Made by a program: the position numbers and the translations under genes. Shown here in pieces: positions 22,378-31,287 of a DNA stretch of 64,000 bases. The stretch covers positions 295,009 to 359,008 of the forward strand of contig OZ245025.1 of assembly GCA_965223465.1 (NCBI GenBank). Reading direction: 5' to 3'. This DNA comes from Candidatus Poriferihabitaceae bacterium. GTDB taxonomy: Bacteria > Pseudomonadota > Gammaproteobacteria > Arenicellales > Poriferihabitantaceae. Position 1 is the first letter of the stretch, and every line of letters begins with the position of its first letter. The notes under the pieces were generated by a model. It had not been told where the DNA came from, did no database searches, and saw nothing but the letters and a program-made list of their open reading frames with translations.

Positions 22378-23418
22378 ATGTCGCTTGCGATTGTACAAAG
22401 TCGAGCAGAGCAAGGAATTGCGGCACAAGATGTCAGCGTTGAAGTACATCTTACCGGCGGCTTGCCCGCATTTTCGATTGTTGGCTTGCCAGAGGCCGCC
22501 GTACGTGAAAGTAAAGACCGTGTGCGCAGTGCCCTGATTAGTTCTAATTTCGAATTTCCGCGCAAGAAGATTACTGTCAACCTGGCGCCCGCAGATTTAC
22601 CGAAGGAAGGTGGACGCTATGATTTACCGATTGCGATTGGAATTCTGGCCGCCATTGGCGTAATTCCGCAATCGGTTCTGGAAGATAAAGTATTTATTGG
22701 TGAGCTGGCCTTAACCGGTGCGTTGCGCAAAACACGGGGTACCATGGTGATTGCCTTATCGTTGAGGAACAGTGATCTTAAGCTGTGTATACCGGCGGGT
22801 AGCGCGGCAGAAGCAGCAGCCGTGCCTGGGCTAGATATATTGCCCGCAGCGCATCTGATTGAGGTGGTATCTGCCTTGTTGGGGCAAGCACAATTTGCTT
22901 CGTACCCTGTGCCCGAGCCATATAAGAGCGAGTACGAAAAGGATATCACTGAAGTTAAAGGTCAACGCTTCGCCAAACAGGCCTTGACTATTGCTGCAGC
23001 AGGTGGGCATAACATTTTAATGTATGGCCCACCAGGGACAGGTAAATCCATGTTAGCGGAACGATTTGCAAGCTTGCTACCTGATCTATCGATAGAACAA
23101 GCGTTGCAAACTGCGGCCATTGCGTCGGTGAGTAACGATGGCGTAGATATGCAGCATTGGCTTAAAAGGCCTTATCGTGCCCCGCACCATAGTGCTTCTG
23201 CGGTCTCGATTGTAGGGGGCGGAACCAAAGCCACTCCGGGTGAAATATCGCTGGCGCATAACGGCGTTTTGTTTCTGGATGAGCTTCCCGAGTTTGAAAA
23301 AAAGGTGCTGGAAAACCTGCGCGAGCCGCTGGAGTCAGGCAAGGTTAGTATCGCACGCGCGGCATATCGATCCACCTATCCAGCCGAGTTTATTTTTATT
23401 GCGGCGATGAATCCTTGT
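22378..23418 (+). pseudogene. comM: ComM/YifB ATPase, N-terminal 347 codons, interrupted by the integrative element (frame reads on into the element to 23565)
   Basis: [24 protein letters not shown], Walker [15 protein letters not shown] and Walker B LFLDE; homology stops at AAMNPC. Confidence 0.95.
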
Positions 23419-23437
23419 TGTTGCGTTGCCATGTTGT
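23416..23437. other. attL: core TGT plus left inverted arm GTTGCGTTGCCATGTTGT (23420-23437)
   Basis: The arm is the exact reverse complement of 44807-44824; TGT is shared by both junctions. Confidence 0.92.
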
Positions 23438-23557
23438 CATCTTTTCAGCGAAGCTGGACATGGTGTTTACTCCTGTTTAATATGTTGATTAATGGTTTGG
23501 CTATACATTTTAAGTATATTAAAAGCTATAACTGTCGCTATAGTAATACATTAAAAT

Positions 23558-25012
23558 TTAGTTAGCGAATGGTAAATAATGAAGATGTAACTGTACTTCA
23601 TTGTCATGTACGACAATCTTCTCGGTTACTAGCTCAATAACCTTGTGTTTATCTTCTGGTGATAGCTTAACAAAGCGATCATGTAGCCACGTAGTTTCGG
23701 ATGCAATGTGATCGGAAGAAAGTGTTTTTTGCTGCATTGCTTTTATTATCCCTTCAAGTGTTGGGATTTCTGTTTTGATTTCAACCAGTCTTTTTTCTAA
23801 CGGTGTGTTTTTTCTTTCAAATCCAGTTTTACCAATTCCATCAGATATAAATAAATCATATAGCTTGTCTATTTCTTTCTTTATTTTGTTTTCTTCTTTT
23901 CGCAAGAGTTCGAGCTCAGATACTTTGTTTTGAAGGTTCGAGTTTGCCTCTAGCACATATTTTTCAATTTCCTTTTTCGACAACAAAAATTCTTTCAATT
24001 GTTGCTGATATACACCTTCCAAGTCATCTTTGTGAATTTTCTTTCGACATTTCTTGCAAGTATATGATGCTGAGTTAGAAGGCACATACATAGCACCACC
24101 ACACTCACAAAATGTGAGGCCAGAAAATATATGTGTCACTGGTTTACGAGCAACTTTCTTTCTAGACTTTTTCTGTTTTTCCAGGAAATCATTTACTTCA
24201 TCCCAAAGCTCTTCCGAAACAATGGGTTCAACTTCTGTGTATACCCAATCTTCCGGTGATTTTAAAACCCAGTTTTTTCCAGAACCACGGGATCGTGTAT
24301 AGTTTGCTCGATGCAGTCCTTTCATCGTTGGATTAGTTAAAAGCCTATCTACAGTTGAATCTGAGAAATTTGCTCCCTTACGAGTTCTGTATCCAGCTTC
24401 ATTCAGCATTCTTGCCGTAGTTTTCTTCCTTCTGTTATCAGAAAAAACTTCAAACATCTTTTTTATTATCACAGCCTCATTTTCGTCGACTTTAAGCTGA
24501 TTATTTTCCCATTTGTACCCTAATGGAGCGGCACCGCCCGTCTGCTTGCCTAGCTTGGCTCGTATTGGCACAGATGCTTTTACTCGATCTGATAACTCTT
24601 CACGTTCAAATTGAGCAAGAGCTGCAAGTACAGTGAAGAATAGGGTGCCTGCTGGTGTAGATGTATCAATTGATTCACCAAGTGAAATCAAATCTGCGTT
24701 ATGTTTTTTAAATATATCGGCGAGATCAAGAAGTTCTCTTGTGGACCTGGCGAGTCTTGCAAGCTTAGAGAAGATCAACCCTGTGATTTTTCCTGACGCA
24801 ACATCTGCTAGCATTTGCTTTGTTTGAGATAGCTCTATAACAGACTTGCCAGAGGTGGCGGTAAGGTCATATACCTCTACAATATCCCATTCTTTAAACG
24901 AGCAATATGCTTTAGCCCGTTCAAGGTGATGTTCTGGAGATTCTTTTTGAGAATCAAGGTCAGTAGAAGTGCGTATCCATACACCTACTTTTTTGTGTTG
25001 TTTTTCTCTCAT
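23558..25012 (-). CDS. Large serine recombinase (integrase)
   Basis: Catalytic [27 protein letters not shown]; recombinase domain GYKW/F.DSTV..LL.NP; zinc ribbon C.CG...Y.CKKC; coiled coil. Confidence 0.95.
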   Translation of the reverse strand: MREKQHKKVGVWIRTSTDLDSQKESPEHHLERAKAYCSFKEWDIVEVYDLTATSGKSVIELSQTKQMLADVASGKITGLIFSKLARLARSTRELLDLADIFKKHNADLISLGESIDTSTPAGTLFFTVLAALAQFEREELSDRVKASVPIRAKLGKQTGGAAPLGYKWENNQLKVDENEAVIIKKMFEVFSDNRRKKTTARMLNEAGYRTRKGANFSDSTVDRLLTNPTMKGLHRANYTRSRGSGKNWVLKSPEDWVYTEVEPIVSEELWDEVNDFLEKQKKSRKKVARKPVTHIFSGLTFCECGGAMYVPSNSASYTCKKCRKKIHKDDLEGVYQQQLKEFLLSKKEIEKYVLEANSNLQNKVSELELLRKEENKIKKEIDKLYDLFISDGIGKTGFERKNTPLEKRLVEIKTEIPTLEGIIKAMQQKTLSSDHIASETTWLHDRFVKLSPEDKHKVIELVTEKIVVHDNEVQLHLHYLPFAN

Positions 25013-25110
25013 AGCTTAGGCCAAATATCAGCTGCAGAGTTTAATTAGTTAGTTTTATAAAAGCAACGCAACTAGAAGTGTTGCTATTGAATTGAGAGTT
25101 TTATAGTGAT

Positions 25111-25845
25111 ATGAAAAGATTAATTATTGATGTCGACAAAAAACATACTTGGCCACAAAGGGTAGTTGATATTGTTGGCAGGTGGTCTGAACTATGTCGT
25201 GGATCAACGGAGTTTACTGTTGATTTACCCTTGGGTTTCGAGCATGAGAAGGATTTTCGTGAATTACTGTCAGGCTTCCTCATACGAAGCTACCACTGTA
25301 CACGTTTATTACCACATGAAGTAAAAGTTATAGGTAAAGAGGGGCTGCGTCCACTGACTAATAAACTTTTGCATGACCGTATAGATTTAGCCCTTGAGGC
25401 TGGATTTATAGATCTTGATGAAGCCAAAAAGCTAAAAGATTCTCATGTTTTTGCTAAATGTGATCATAAGAATCGTGAGAACCAAGTTTGCCTTATATTG
25501 TCTAGGAATAAATTCATGGGTGGTGTTAGAGGATGCGAACCACTTCTAGGATCATGGGGCGGAGAAGGCATCTATCGTTATTCTACTGAAGTACCTTGTC
25601 TGAATAGGCTAAAGGATAAAAGTAGGCCAACTATTATTGAAGCCCTTCTTGATCTTGGTGGAAGTAGCATTCCTCACAATGTTTATCCAGCGCTTCACAA
25701 GGTTTTTATTGGATCAGATTTAGGTTTGTCAGATGTTGGTGCAGATGTATTCTACCAAGCAGCAGTTACACCGGATAGTATTGAAAGAATTCTCCAAGCT
25801 GGAGACGAAGGCTATAAATTACTTGGCAATCTTCCTTGGAAGTAA
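25111..25845 (+). CDS. Hypothetical protein, possible ADP-ribosyltransferase-like fold
   Basis: 244-aa ORF with YHCTRL...I..EGLRP motif; fold assignment tentative. Confidence 0.6.
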   Translation: MKRLIIDVDKKHTWPQRVVDIVGRWSELCRGSTEFTVDLPLGFEHEKDFRELLSGFLIRSYHCTRLLPHEVKVIGKEGLRPLTNKLLHDRIDLALEAGFIDLDEAKKLKDSHVFAKCDHKNRENQVCLILSRNKFMGGVRGCEPLLGSWGGEGIYRYSTEVPCLNRLKDKSRPTIIEALLDLGGSSIPHNVYPALHKVFIGSDLGLSDVGADVFYQAAVTPDSIERILQAGDEGYKLLGNLPWK

Positions 25846-25960
25846 TTTCGATTTACATACGATCAATTGTTTATATTCAATGGCTGAATCCGTGTATTTA
25901 AACCAAAGTTCTTTGTTGCCAGTGATGGACAAAAACTCAAGCAGGCTACCAACAGTATAG

Positions 25961-26371
25961 TTACTCATTTTCGTTGCATTCTTGAATGAACAGTACGTCC
26001 TCAACTTTATTTTCTTTGTGTTCAATATAGTCAATTATTCTAATTGATACAGGTTTTGAATGGCCCTTGGTTACTACGGTAGTACAAGCCTGTTTAGAAA
26101 ATGTGAGGAAATCAGTAATAAAAACCTCAGATTGTTCGTCTGGGAAATTCGCCAGCATTAAAAGTGTGATTATGTATTCGTTATTCTGAGAGGTATCCCA
26201 GAATGCATCGTATACTTGGATTTCATTATCACTTTTGAAATACTCAACAATCCTCTTTTGTACTTGACTGTCTGATTGAACAAAAAGCGTATATAGCTGT
26301 AGCCCACCTAATATCAAAGCAACAATGAGGGCCATTAACAGGAAATGACTACGTATTGTTTTTCCTTTCAT
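25961..26371 (-). CDS. Hypothetical protein with N-terminal membrane anchor
   Basis: 136-aa ORF with a basic N-terminus followed by a hydrophobic helix. Confidence 0.6.
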   Translation of the reverse strand: MKGKTIRSHFLLMALIVALILGGLQLYTLFVQSDSQVQKRIVEYFKSDNEIQVYDAFWDTSQNNEYIITLLMLANFPDEQSEVFITDFLTFSKQACTTVVTKGHSKPVSIRIIDYIEHKENKVEDVLFIQECNENE

Positions 26372-26476
26372 AGCATTAAATTGTCTAGGTTTTAAGTGGC
26401 GATGACAATTGGCGGGTTGCTTATAGTACTTTGCTTAGGATTGTATTAGATATGTTGGCGATATACGCACCAATAT

Positions 26477-26504
26477 AAAAAACCGCACAATAGAGTGCGG
26501 TTTT
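26477..26504 (-). terminator. Intrinsic terminator after the DUF3768 gene (possibly bidirectional)
   Basis: AAAACCGCAC-AATAGA-GTGCGGTTTT hairpin; on the minus strand the stem is followed by T6. Confidence 0.8.
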
Positions 26505-26517
26505 GAACTGCGCCAAA

Positions 26518-26844
26518 TTAGTATTCGGAAGCAAGCATAATGGTAAGTACACGCTTAGTTTTATTTACATCCCACGGTTCTTTTGAACCGTATTTATATT
26601 CATTATCGTAATAGTCAATTTTCCAAAAGAACTTCTGACCTGTCACGGCAAATGAACCAAAGTCATGTTCTCCGTGGGGATCGTTGTCTTCTGTGAAATT
26701 GCTAAATGTACGAACAGATAATAAAGCTTGTTGTCGAATTCGATCATCCAAATCTGCAACGCCTCTAGTCATTACCATCTTTCCAGCAATGCCTGTTTGG
26801 CGAAATAGATCATTAAGGTGAGCTATCATTTGTTTAGGTGTCAT
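26518..26844 (-). CDS. DUF3768 family protein
   Basis: LND.FR, TRGV, F.EDNDP.GEHDFG, FWKIDYYD and RVLTIMLASEY motifs. Confidence 0.88.
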   Translation of the reverse strand: MTPKQMIAHLNDLFRQTGIAGKMVMTRGVADLDDRIRQQALLSVRTFSNFTEDNDPHGEHDFGSFAVTGQKFFWKIDYYDNEYKYGSKEPWDVNKTKRVLTIMLASEY

Positions 26845-26916
26845 GGTTATCTCCTATTGTGAGAATAAAAAGGGGAGAGCCATGTGCCGACTCTCCCATG
26901 AAGTGGAAAAGTCGAG
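26845..26916 (-). promoter_or_regulatory. Structured leader, copy 1 (upstream of DUF3768)
   Basis: Minus strand TCGACTTTTCC-ACTTCAT-GGGAGAGTCGG-CACA-TGGCTCTCCCC-TTTTT-ATT-CTCACAATAGGAGA; homologous to copy 2. Confidence 0.7.
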
Positions 26917-26929
26917 TGGAAGCTGACAG

Positions 26930-27421
26930 CTACATCAATCCATTTTCAGCGAATGAATAGTATTCATCACCGCCGATGATCATGTGGTCGAGTACATTCA
27001 CATCAATAGCTTCCAAAGCTTCTTTAAGCCTCGCTGTGATGGCCTTGTCAGCCTCAGAAGGGTCTAGCGCTATACCAGGGTGGTTGTGAGCCAGTATCAC
27101 CGCAGAGGCATTTAGGTCGAGTACTCGGCCAACTACTGTTCTAGGATGAACATATGCTTCTTTGACAGTGCCTTTCGCGACAATTTCGAAGCTAATCACT
27201 TGCAGCTGAGATGTTAGGAAAACAACACCAAAGTTTTCTTTGCTTTCATCAGCTAGTGCAATTTTGAGAAAATCGGCACAAGAGGCAGCGCTATTCACTA
27301 CACCATTCCCAACAAAGTCGGGTACGATTAACTGGTATGCAAAATTAATGATTTGCTTTTTGGAAACGGGTTTCTGGGTGCGGTACTTACCCGCTGAATC
27401 TTTAAAGAACAATTTAGTCAT
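26930..27421 (-). CDS. radC: RadC-like JAB-domain protein (UPF0758, short mobile-element type)
   Basis: E.F.V.FL, GTV....VHPR, ILAHNHP...PS.AD and LDHMIIG motifs. Confidence 0.92.
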   Translation of the reverse strand: MTKLFFKDSAGKYRTQKPVSKKQIINFAYQLIVPDFVGNGVVNSAASCADFLKIALADESKENFGVVFLTSQLQVISFEIVAKGTVKEAYVHPRTVVGRVLDLNASAVILAHNHPGIALDPSEADKAITARLKEALEAIDVNVLDHMIIGGDEYYSFAENGLM

Positions 27422-27490
27422 GTTGGTTCTCCTGTTTGTGAGTGGTTATGGGAGAGCCAGATATCTGACTCTCCAAAGGGAAAGTCAGAA
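27422..27490 (-). promoter_or_regulatory. Structured leader, copy 2 (upstream of radC)
   Basis: Minus strand TCTGACTTTCC-CTTT-GGAGAGTCAGA-TA-TCTGGCTCTCCC-ATAACCA-CTCACAAACAGGAGA; homologous to copy 1. Confidence 0.7.
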
Positions 27491-27506
27491 AGACTTGAAA
27501 GAACAA

Positions 27507-28025
27507 TTACTTCATATAGAAGTACGAGATGGCAAGGCAGGCTGAATCGAAGATCGCCATCCGCAAATCTTCAGACTGCCAGGGTTTTCGCTTGGGTGGC
27601 AATTTGTATGCTAGGTATGGCAGGAAGGATGCCACCAATCCTGCCCGCTGATATTTGGTGTATGTGCCAAATGATTCAAAGACACTGGCAATTTCATTCT
27701 TATCGATAATTTTGCCATTCACGCCGTAGCGCTTGCAGGTCCTGTTTAGCGAGTTGATGTTTTTTCGAATTGCTTTAGGTCTTTCGCCAGGGGAATACGA
27801 AAGAACGGTTTCAATTTGGTTGTTTTCGATTAAGGTAGATATACGCTTCTTGAATATCTCTTGGTCATGCTTTTCGACCGACGCATGTCCCCAGTCGACT
27901 ACAGTTTTGGCATCCTCGAATATGGTGAAGCCAAAGCCACGGTATGTGAGATATATCGATAAAACACGTTCTTTCTCAACAGTGTCGCCTATAGGTATTG
28001 TTTGGTATTTAGTATCATTTTTCAT
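27507..28025 (-). CDS. Hypothetical protein, RuvC / RNase H-like fold candidate
   Basis: N-terminal VLSIY.T.RGFGF.IF three-strand pattern and C-terminal ED....FDS..LA helix; ATGA-type coupling to the upstream HTH gene. Confidence 0.6.
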   Translation of the reverse strand: MKNDTKYQTIPIGDTVEKERVLSIYLTYRGFGFTIFEDAKTVVDWGHASVEKHDQEIFKKRISTLIENNQIETVLSYSPGERPKAIRKNINSLNRTCKRYGVNGKIIDKNEIASVFESFGTYTKYQRAGLVASFLPYLAYKLPPKRKPWQSEDLRMAIFDSACLAISYFYMK

Positions 28026-28402
28026 ACATCCTGATACCTAGATGCAATTCTTGCTGCAGCACCGTCCAAAAAATCAATCTTTTGCTCAATTTCTGGAGTA
28101 GGGGTTTTGAGATCAAGTTTTGTTGAAAGATCAGAAATTCGCCTGAAGGTTTTTAATGCAGAATGTTTAGACAAGTCGGGAAAGACTCTGTCTAGTTGTT
28201 TACCAAACAACAGTTGATATGATATCGCCCTAGATAGAGCTGTGTTTTCATAACATTGTTCTATCTGAGAGATGAAGTATGGACTCTTTAAACCGAGGAG
28301 ATATGCCACTTCACTCTGGCTTAAACCTGCCTTCTTACGGCAGGTTTTTGCGTAGTTGAGAAATTTCTCTTTTTCCATGATTTCATAAATTAATGGTCTC
28401 AA
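28022..28402 (-). CDS. XRE-family helix-turn-helix regulator (start possibly ATG 28378)
   Basis: RKKAGLSQSEVAYLLG....ISQIE motif. Confidence 0.82.
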   Translation of the reverse strand: MRPLIYEIMEKEKFLNYAKTCRKKAGLSQSEVAYLLGLKSPYFISQIEQCYENTALSRAISYQLLFGKQLDRVFPDLSKHSALKTFRRISDLSTKLDLKTPTPEIEQKIDFLDGAAARIASRYQDV

Positions 28403-28747
28403 ACGCTGATAAGTTTGTTTGAGAACTCATTAAATATTACTCTGTGGAGCAATTTCACGTAGACAGCTATTAACAAAGTAAAACTATCAACTATGTGATT
28501 ATGTGTATAGGGTGGGGATACTCTAATTAGGTCGGTACATCTTGCCCAATAGGTTCTTACATTCCTACTACTCTTGTCCGTGCTATCATCAAGGCATGAG
28601 AAATGAGGTTGTAAGAATAATGGGATACTCTTGTTGCTAGGGCACCAGGTTTCCGATGAAGCGGTACTGCAACTGAAGTATTATGATTGACCATTTTGGA
28701 ATGGGCTAGATGAGAAAACTGGCACTGAGATGACTGAGGCCACAACC

Positions 28748-30616
28748 ATGGAATTTTTGAAGAAAACATATCTGCTTTTTTTGCTTCTTATAACCAGTTT
28801 TTCTGCTCCCGCTGACGTGTGTATCAAAGACATTCAAGGTAAAGAAGCTACAACCCCTGTTTACGGAGAAGTCAAAGAAATAGAGGCCTTCGTATCACAT
28901 AAAGTTAAAAGAGAGATTTATATTGGTGATGTCGAAAACTGTAAAGACAATGATCCTGCTACAAATAACTACTTGACGGTTTTGTTACCAAGAGAACCTA
29001 TAGAAAATCTGTCAGTTGGGGACATCGTAAAGGTTAAGGGAAAAGTTAGCGAATACCGTCCAGATTTTAATTATAAAACGGTAAGGTATAGGTACAATAT
29101 CGATTCAAAGAATCCCTTAAAGCTTAGTTTTGAACAGAATCCAGGCACAAAAACAGAGACTACTCTTGTAATAAGCAACGTTGATGATGTTTCAATACTT
29201 AGTGACGTAGAGGGCCAGGAGGAAGCTAGTCAAGAGATGGTTAATCTGCTTGATTTTACTAAAGAAGCCACAAACGATAAGCATTTAGAAAAACTTCTAG
29301 AGCAATTAGAATCAAACAGGGTTTATTTGCCCAATGCAGTAATTGCTCACCCTTATCGCGGAAGCTTTGGATATGTTGTGAGTACGGACGATCCTAAAAT
29401 TACTCCATATCTCATAGATGGAAAACTCAAGAAGATGATTCCATCAAAAGAGGTATCAGGCTATATACGTCGGTTCAAGGTATCTTCTGCCCCATCAGAT
29501 AATAGACGGCTATATGGAGCAGAAATTGGATTGATAGAGGGATATGTACTTGAATCCTTATTTGGCAAAGCTATTGAGATTAAAAAGAGTCCTGAAATTG
29601 GCGCTAAAACCTACAAAGGAACCAGTTTCCAACCTATAACGAAGCCAACAGGAGATCTAACCATTGCTTCATTGAATGTTAAAAATCTATTCGACCAGAA
29701 TTTTGATACTATTGAGAACAAAAGTGCACTCATAAAGGGCGTAATAGACTCAGCAATGGTCACCTATGAGGACGGGTATAGAGAGGAGGATTTTCAAAAA
29801 TACCTCGAAAGCTATTTAAGGAAGGCTAGCGATAAAGCCAAAATCTCTACTCTCGCAAAAGACATAGTTAACGAATTACACGCTCCTGATATCGTTGCCT
29901 TGCAAGAGGTTCAAGACAATGATGGTATAGTTCCTTCACAAAATGTGAGCGCTGGAAAGACATTAGAAGCTCTAACTAAGGAGCTAGAAAAGAAAGGGGA
30001 ATCATACTCGTATCATCAACTAGATCCTTCATTTCCACACAGTACAAGTGGGCAAAGAGGGGGCAATATCCGAAATGCCTACTTGGTGAAAAACAATGTA
30101 GGAGTAACAGTTTCTAAGCTCCAGAAAATAAGTGAAGCATCAAATAACTGTAATCGTCAGGATGAGCCTTTTTGTGATGGCCGTTTTCCTCTTTACATTC
30201 AAATCTTAAAGCAAGATAAGACGATAGATATAGTTAACGTGCATCTGAAATCAAACTTTCTTGCAGTAGTAAGCGAATCCCGGAAGCTAAGAAAACGCCA
30301 GCTACAAGAAGTTAGAAAATTCATAGATTCTCTAGGTACAAACACTATAGTACTTGGTGACTTAAACGACGATTCTGCTTGGGATGCTGATGCATTTAAT
30401 ATGCTTACGGAAGGCGAGGGAGCGCTAAGGGCAATAACCCTACCTGATGAAGAGCAATTTACACATTCTAATGACGGTACTTTCTCTCAACTTGATCATG
30501 TGTTTGTTTCAGAAAATCTGAAAGACAAGGCAAAGCTTCATGTCTCGCATTTTTCTACTCTTAGAATCAAAACAGGGACTGATCACGATGGGCTGCTATT
30601 GTCTTTAGGGTTTTAG
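28748..30616 (+). CDS. Secreted endonuclease/exonuclease/phosphatase (ExeM/NucH-like) with OB fold
   Basis: Signal peptide MEFLKKTYLLFLLLITSFSAPA; OB motif VGDIVKVKGKVSEY; EEP motifs SLNVKN, DIVALQEVQD, NVHLKS, LGDLND, LDHVFVS, TDHD. Confidence 0.85.
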   Translation: MEFLKKTYLLFLLLITSFSAPADVCIKDIQGKEATTPVYGEVKEIEAFVSHKVKREIYIGDVENCKDNDPATNNYLTVLLPREPIENLSVGDIVKVKGKVSEYRPDFNYKTVRYRYNIDSKNPLKLSFEQNPGTKTETTLVISNVDDVSILSDVEGQEEASQEMVNLLDFTKEATNDKHLEKLLEQLESNRVYLPNAVIAHPYRGSFGYVVSTDDPKITPYLIDGKLKKMIPSKEVSGYIRRFKVSSAPSDNRRLYGAEIGLIEGYVLESLFGKAIEIKKSPEIGAKTYKGTSFQPITKPTGDLTIASLNVKNLFDQNFDTIENKSALIKGVIDSAMVTYEDGYREEDFQKYLESYLRKASDKAKISTLAKDIVNELHAPDIVALQEVQDNDGIVPSQNVSAGKTLEALTKELEKKGESYSYHQLDPSFPHSTSGQRGGNIRNAYLVKNNVGVTVSKLQKISEASNNCNRQDEPFCDGRFPLYIQILKQDKTIDIVNVHLKSNFLAVVSESRKLRKRQLQEVRKFIDSLGTNTIVLGDLNDDSAWDADAFNMLTEGEGALRAITLPDEEQFTHSNDGTFSQLDHVFVSENLKDKAKLHVSHFSTLRIKTGTDHDGLLLSLGF

Positions 30617-30634
30617 GTAGTTAGGTAGGGCGGC

Positions 30635-31186
30635 ATGAATAGAAAACTGAGCCTAGTGTTAGGGCTTTCTGGAATAACGGCTACTTTTCTAGCTACATTT
30701 TTAGGTGTCTACCTGGGCTCAAAGAATGCAGAAGAGAGGACTGCAAGCGAAAACTCTTCTAACAATGTAGCATTACTGAACATTATGAGCCGAGACTGCA
30801 AGGCGAATGTAGAACTTGCAGAAACCTCGGTAAGAGACACGGCAGTTGAGGCGTTTGCTCCAGTCCCGACATTAATGCTTCAATCTATGGCTCTTAATAG
30901 CGTTCTTATGGAGCAGTTTAACGCTAGTGATCTAGAAATCCTCATACCAGAGTCCGCTAAAACCTCACTACACTCTCAAAGGTTGATAAGGAAAATACAA
31001 GTATATGATTCGATAAGAGTTCCGGTTGAGGTACCTGGATTTCCTACAATGCCGCCAGAGGTAAGAGCAGCTTTAGTAGCCGAAAAGGAAAATAAGTTGA
31101 ATGAGATTAGAGAGGTATTAAAAGACTATATTGAGAGCCTAAAGAGTGTATGTAAGGTGGTTGAGCGAGCTTCTAAACCAGGTTAA
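30635..31186 (+). CDS. Hypothetical helical protein with N-terminal TM segment
   Basis: 183-aa ORF 18 nt after the nuclease gene. Confidence 0.65.
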   Translation: MNRKLSLVLGLSGITATFLATFLGVYLGSKNAEERTASENSSNNVALLNIMSRDCKANVELAETSVRDTAVEAFAPVPTLMLQSMALNSVLMEQFNASDLEILIPESAKTSLHSQRLIRKIQVYDSIRVPVEVPGFPTMPPEVRAALVAEKENKLNEIREVLKDYIESLKSVCKVVERASKPG

Positions 31187-31287
31187 CTTCGCTTGGATAG
31201 CATATTTTGGTTTACAGGTTGGCAAAAGAGATCATGATAAATGGAAAAATCCCGTAAGCTCAATTTTGGTTTAACGTTTTGTCACAA

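Noticed and set aside
23461-23560. Stop-codon read-through fusing the integrase to the att-spanning peptide
   Set aside because: Same frame, but two TAA stops intervene (23560-23558 and 23521-23519).
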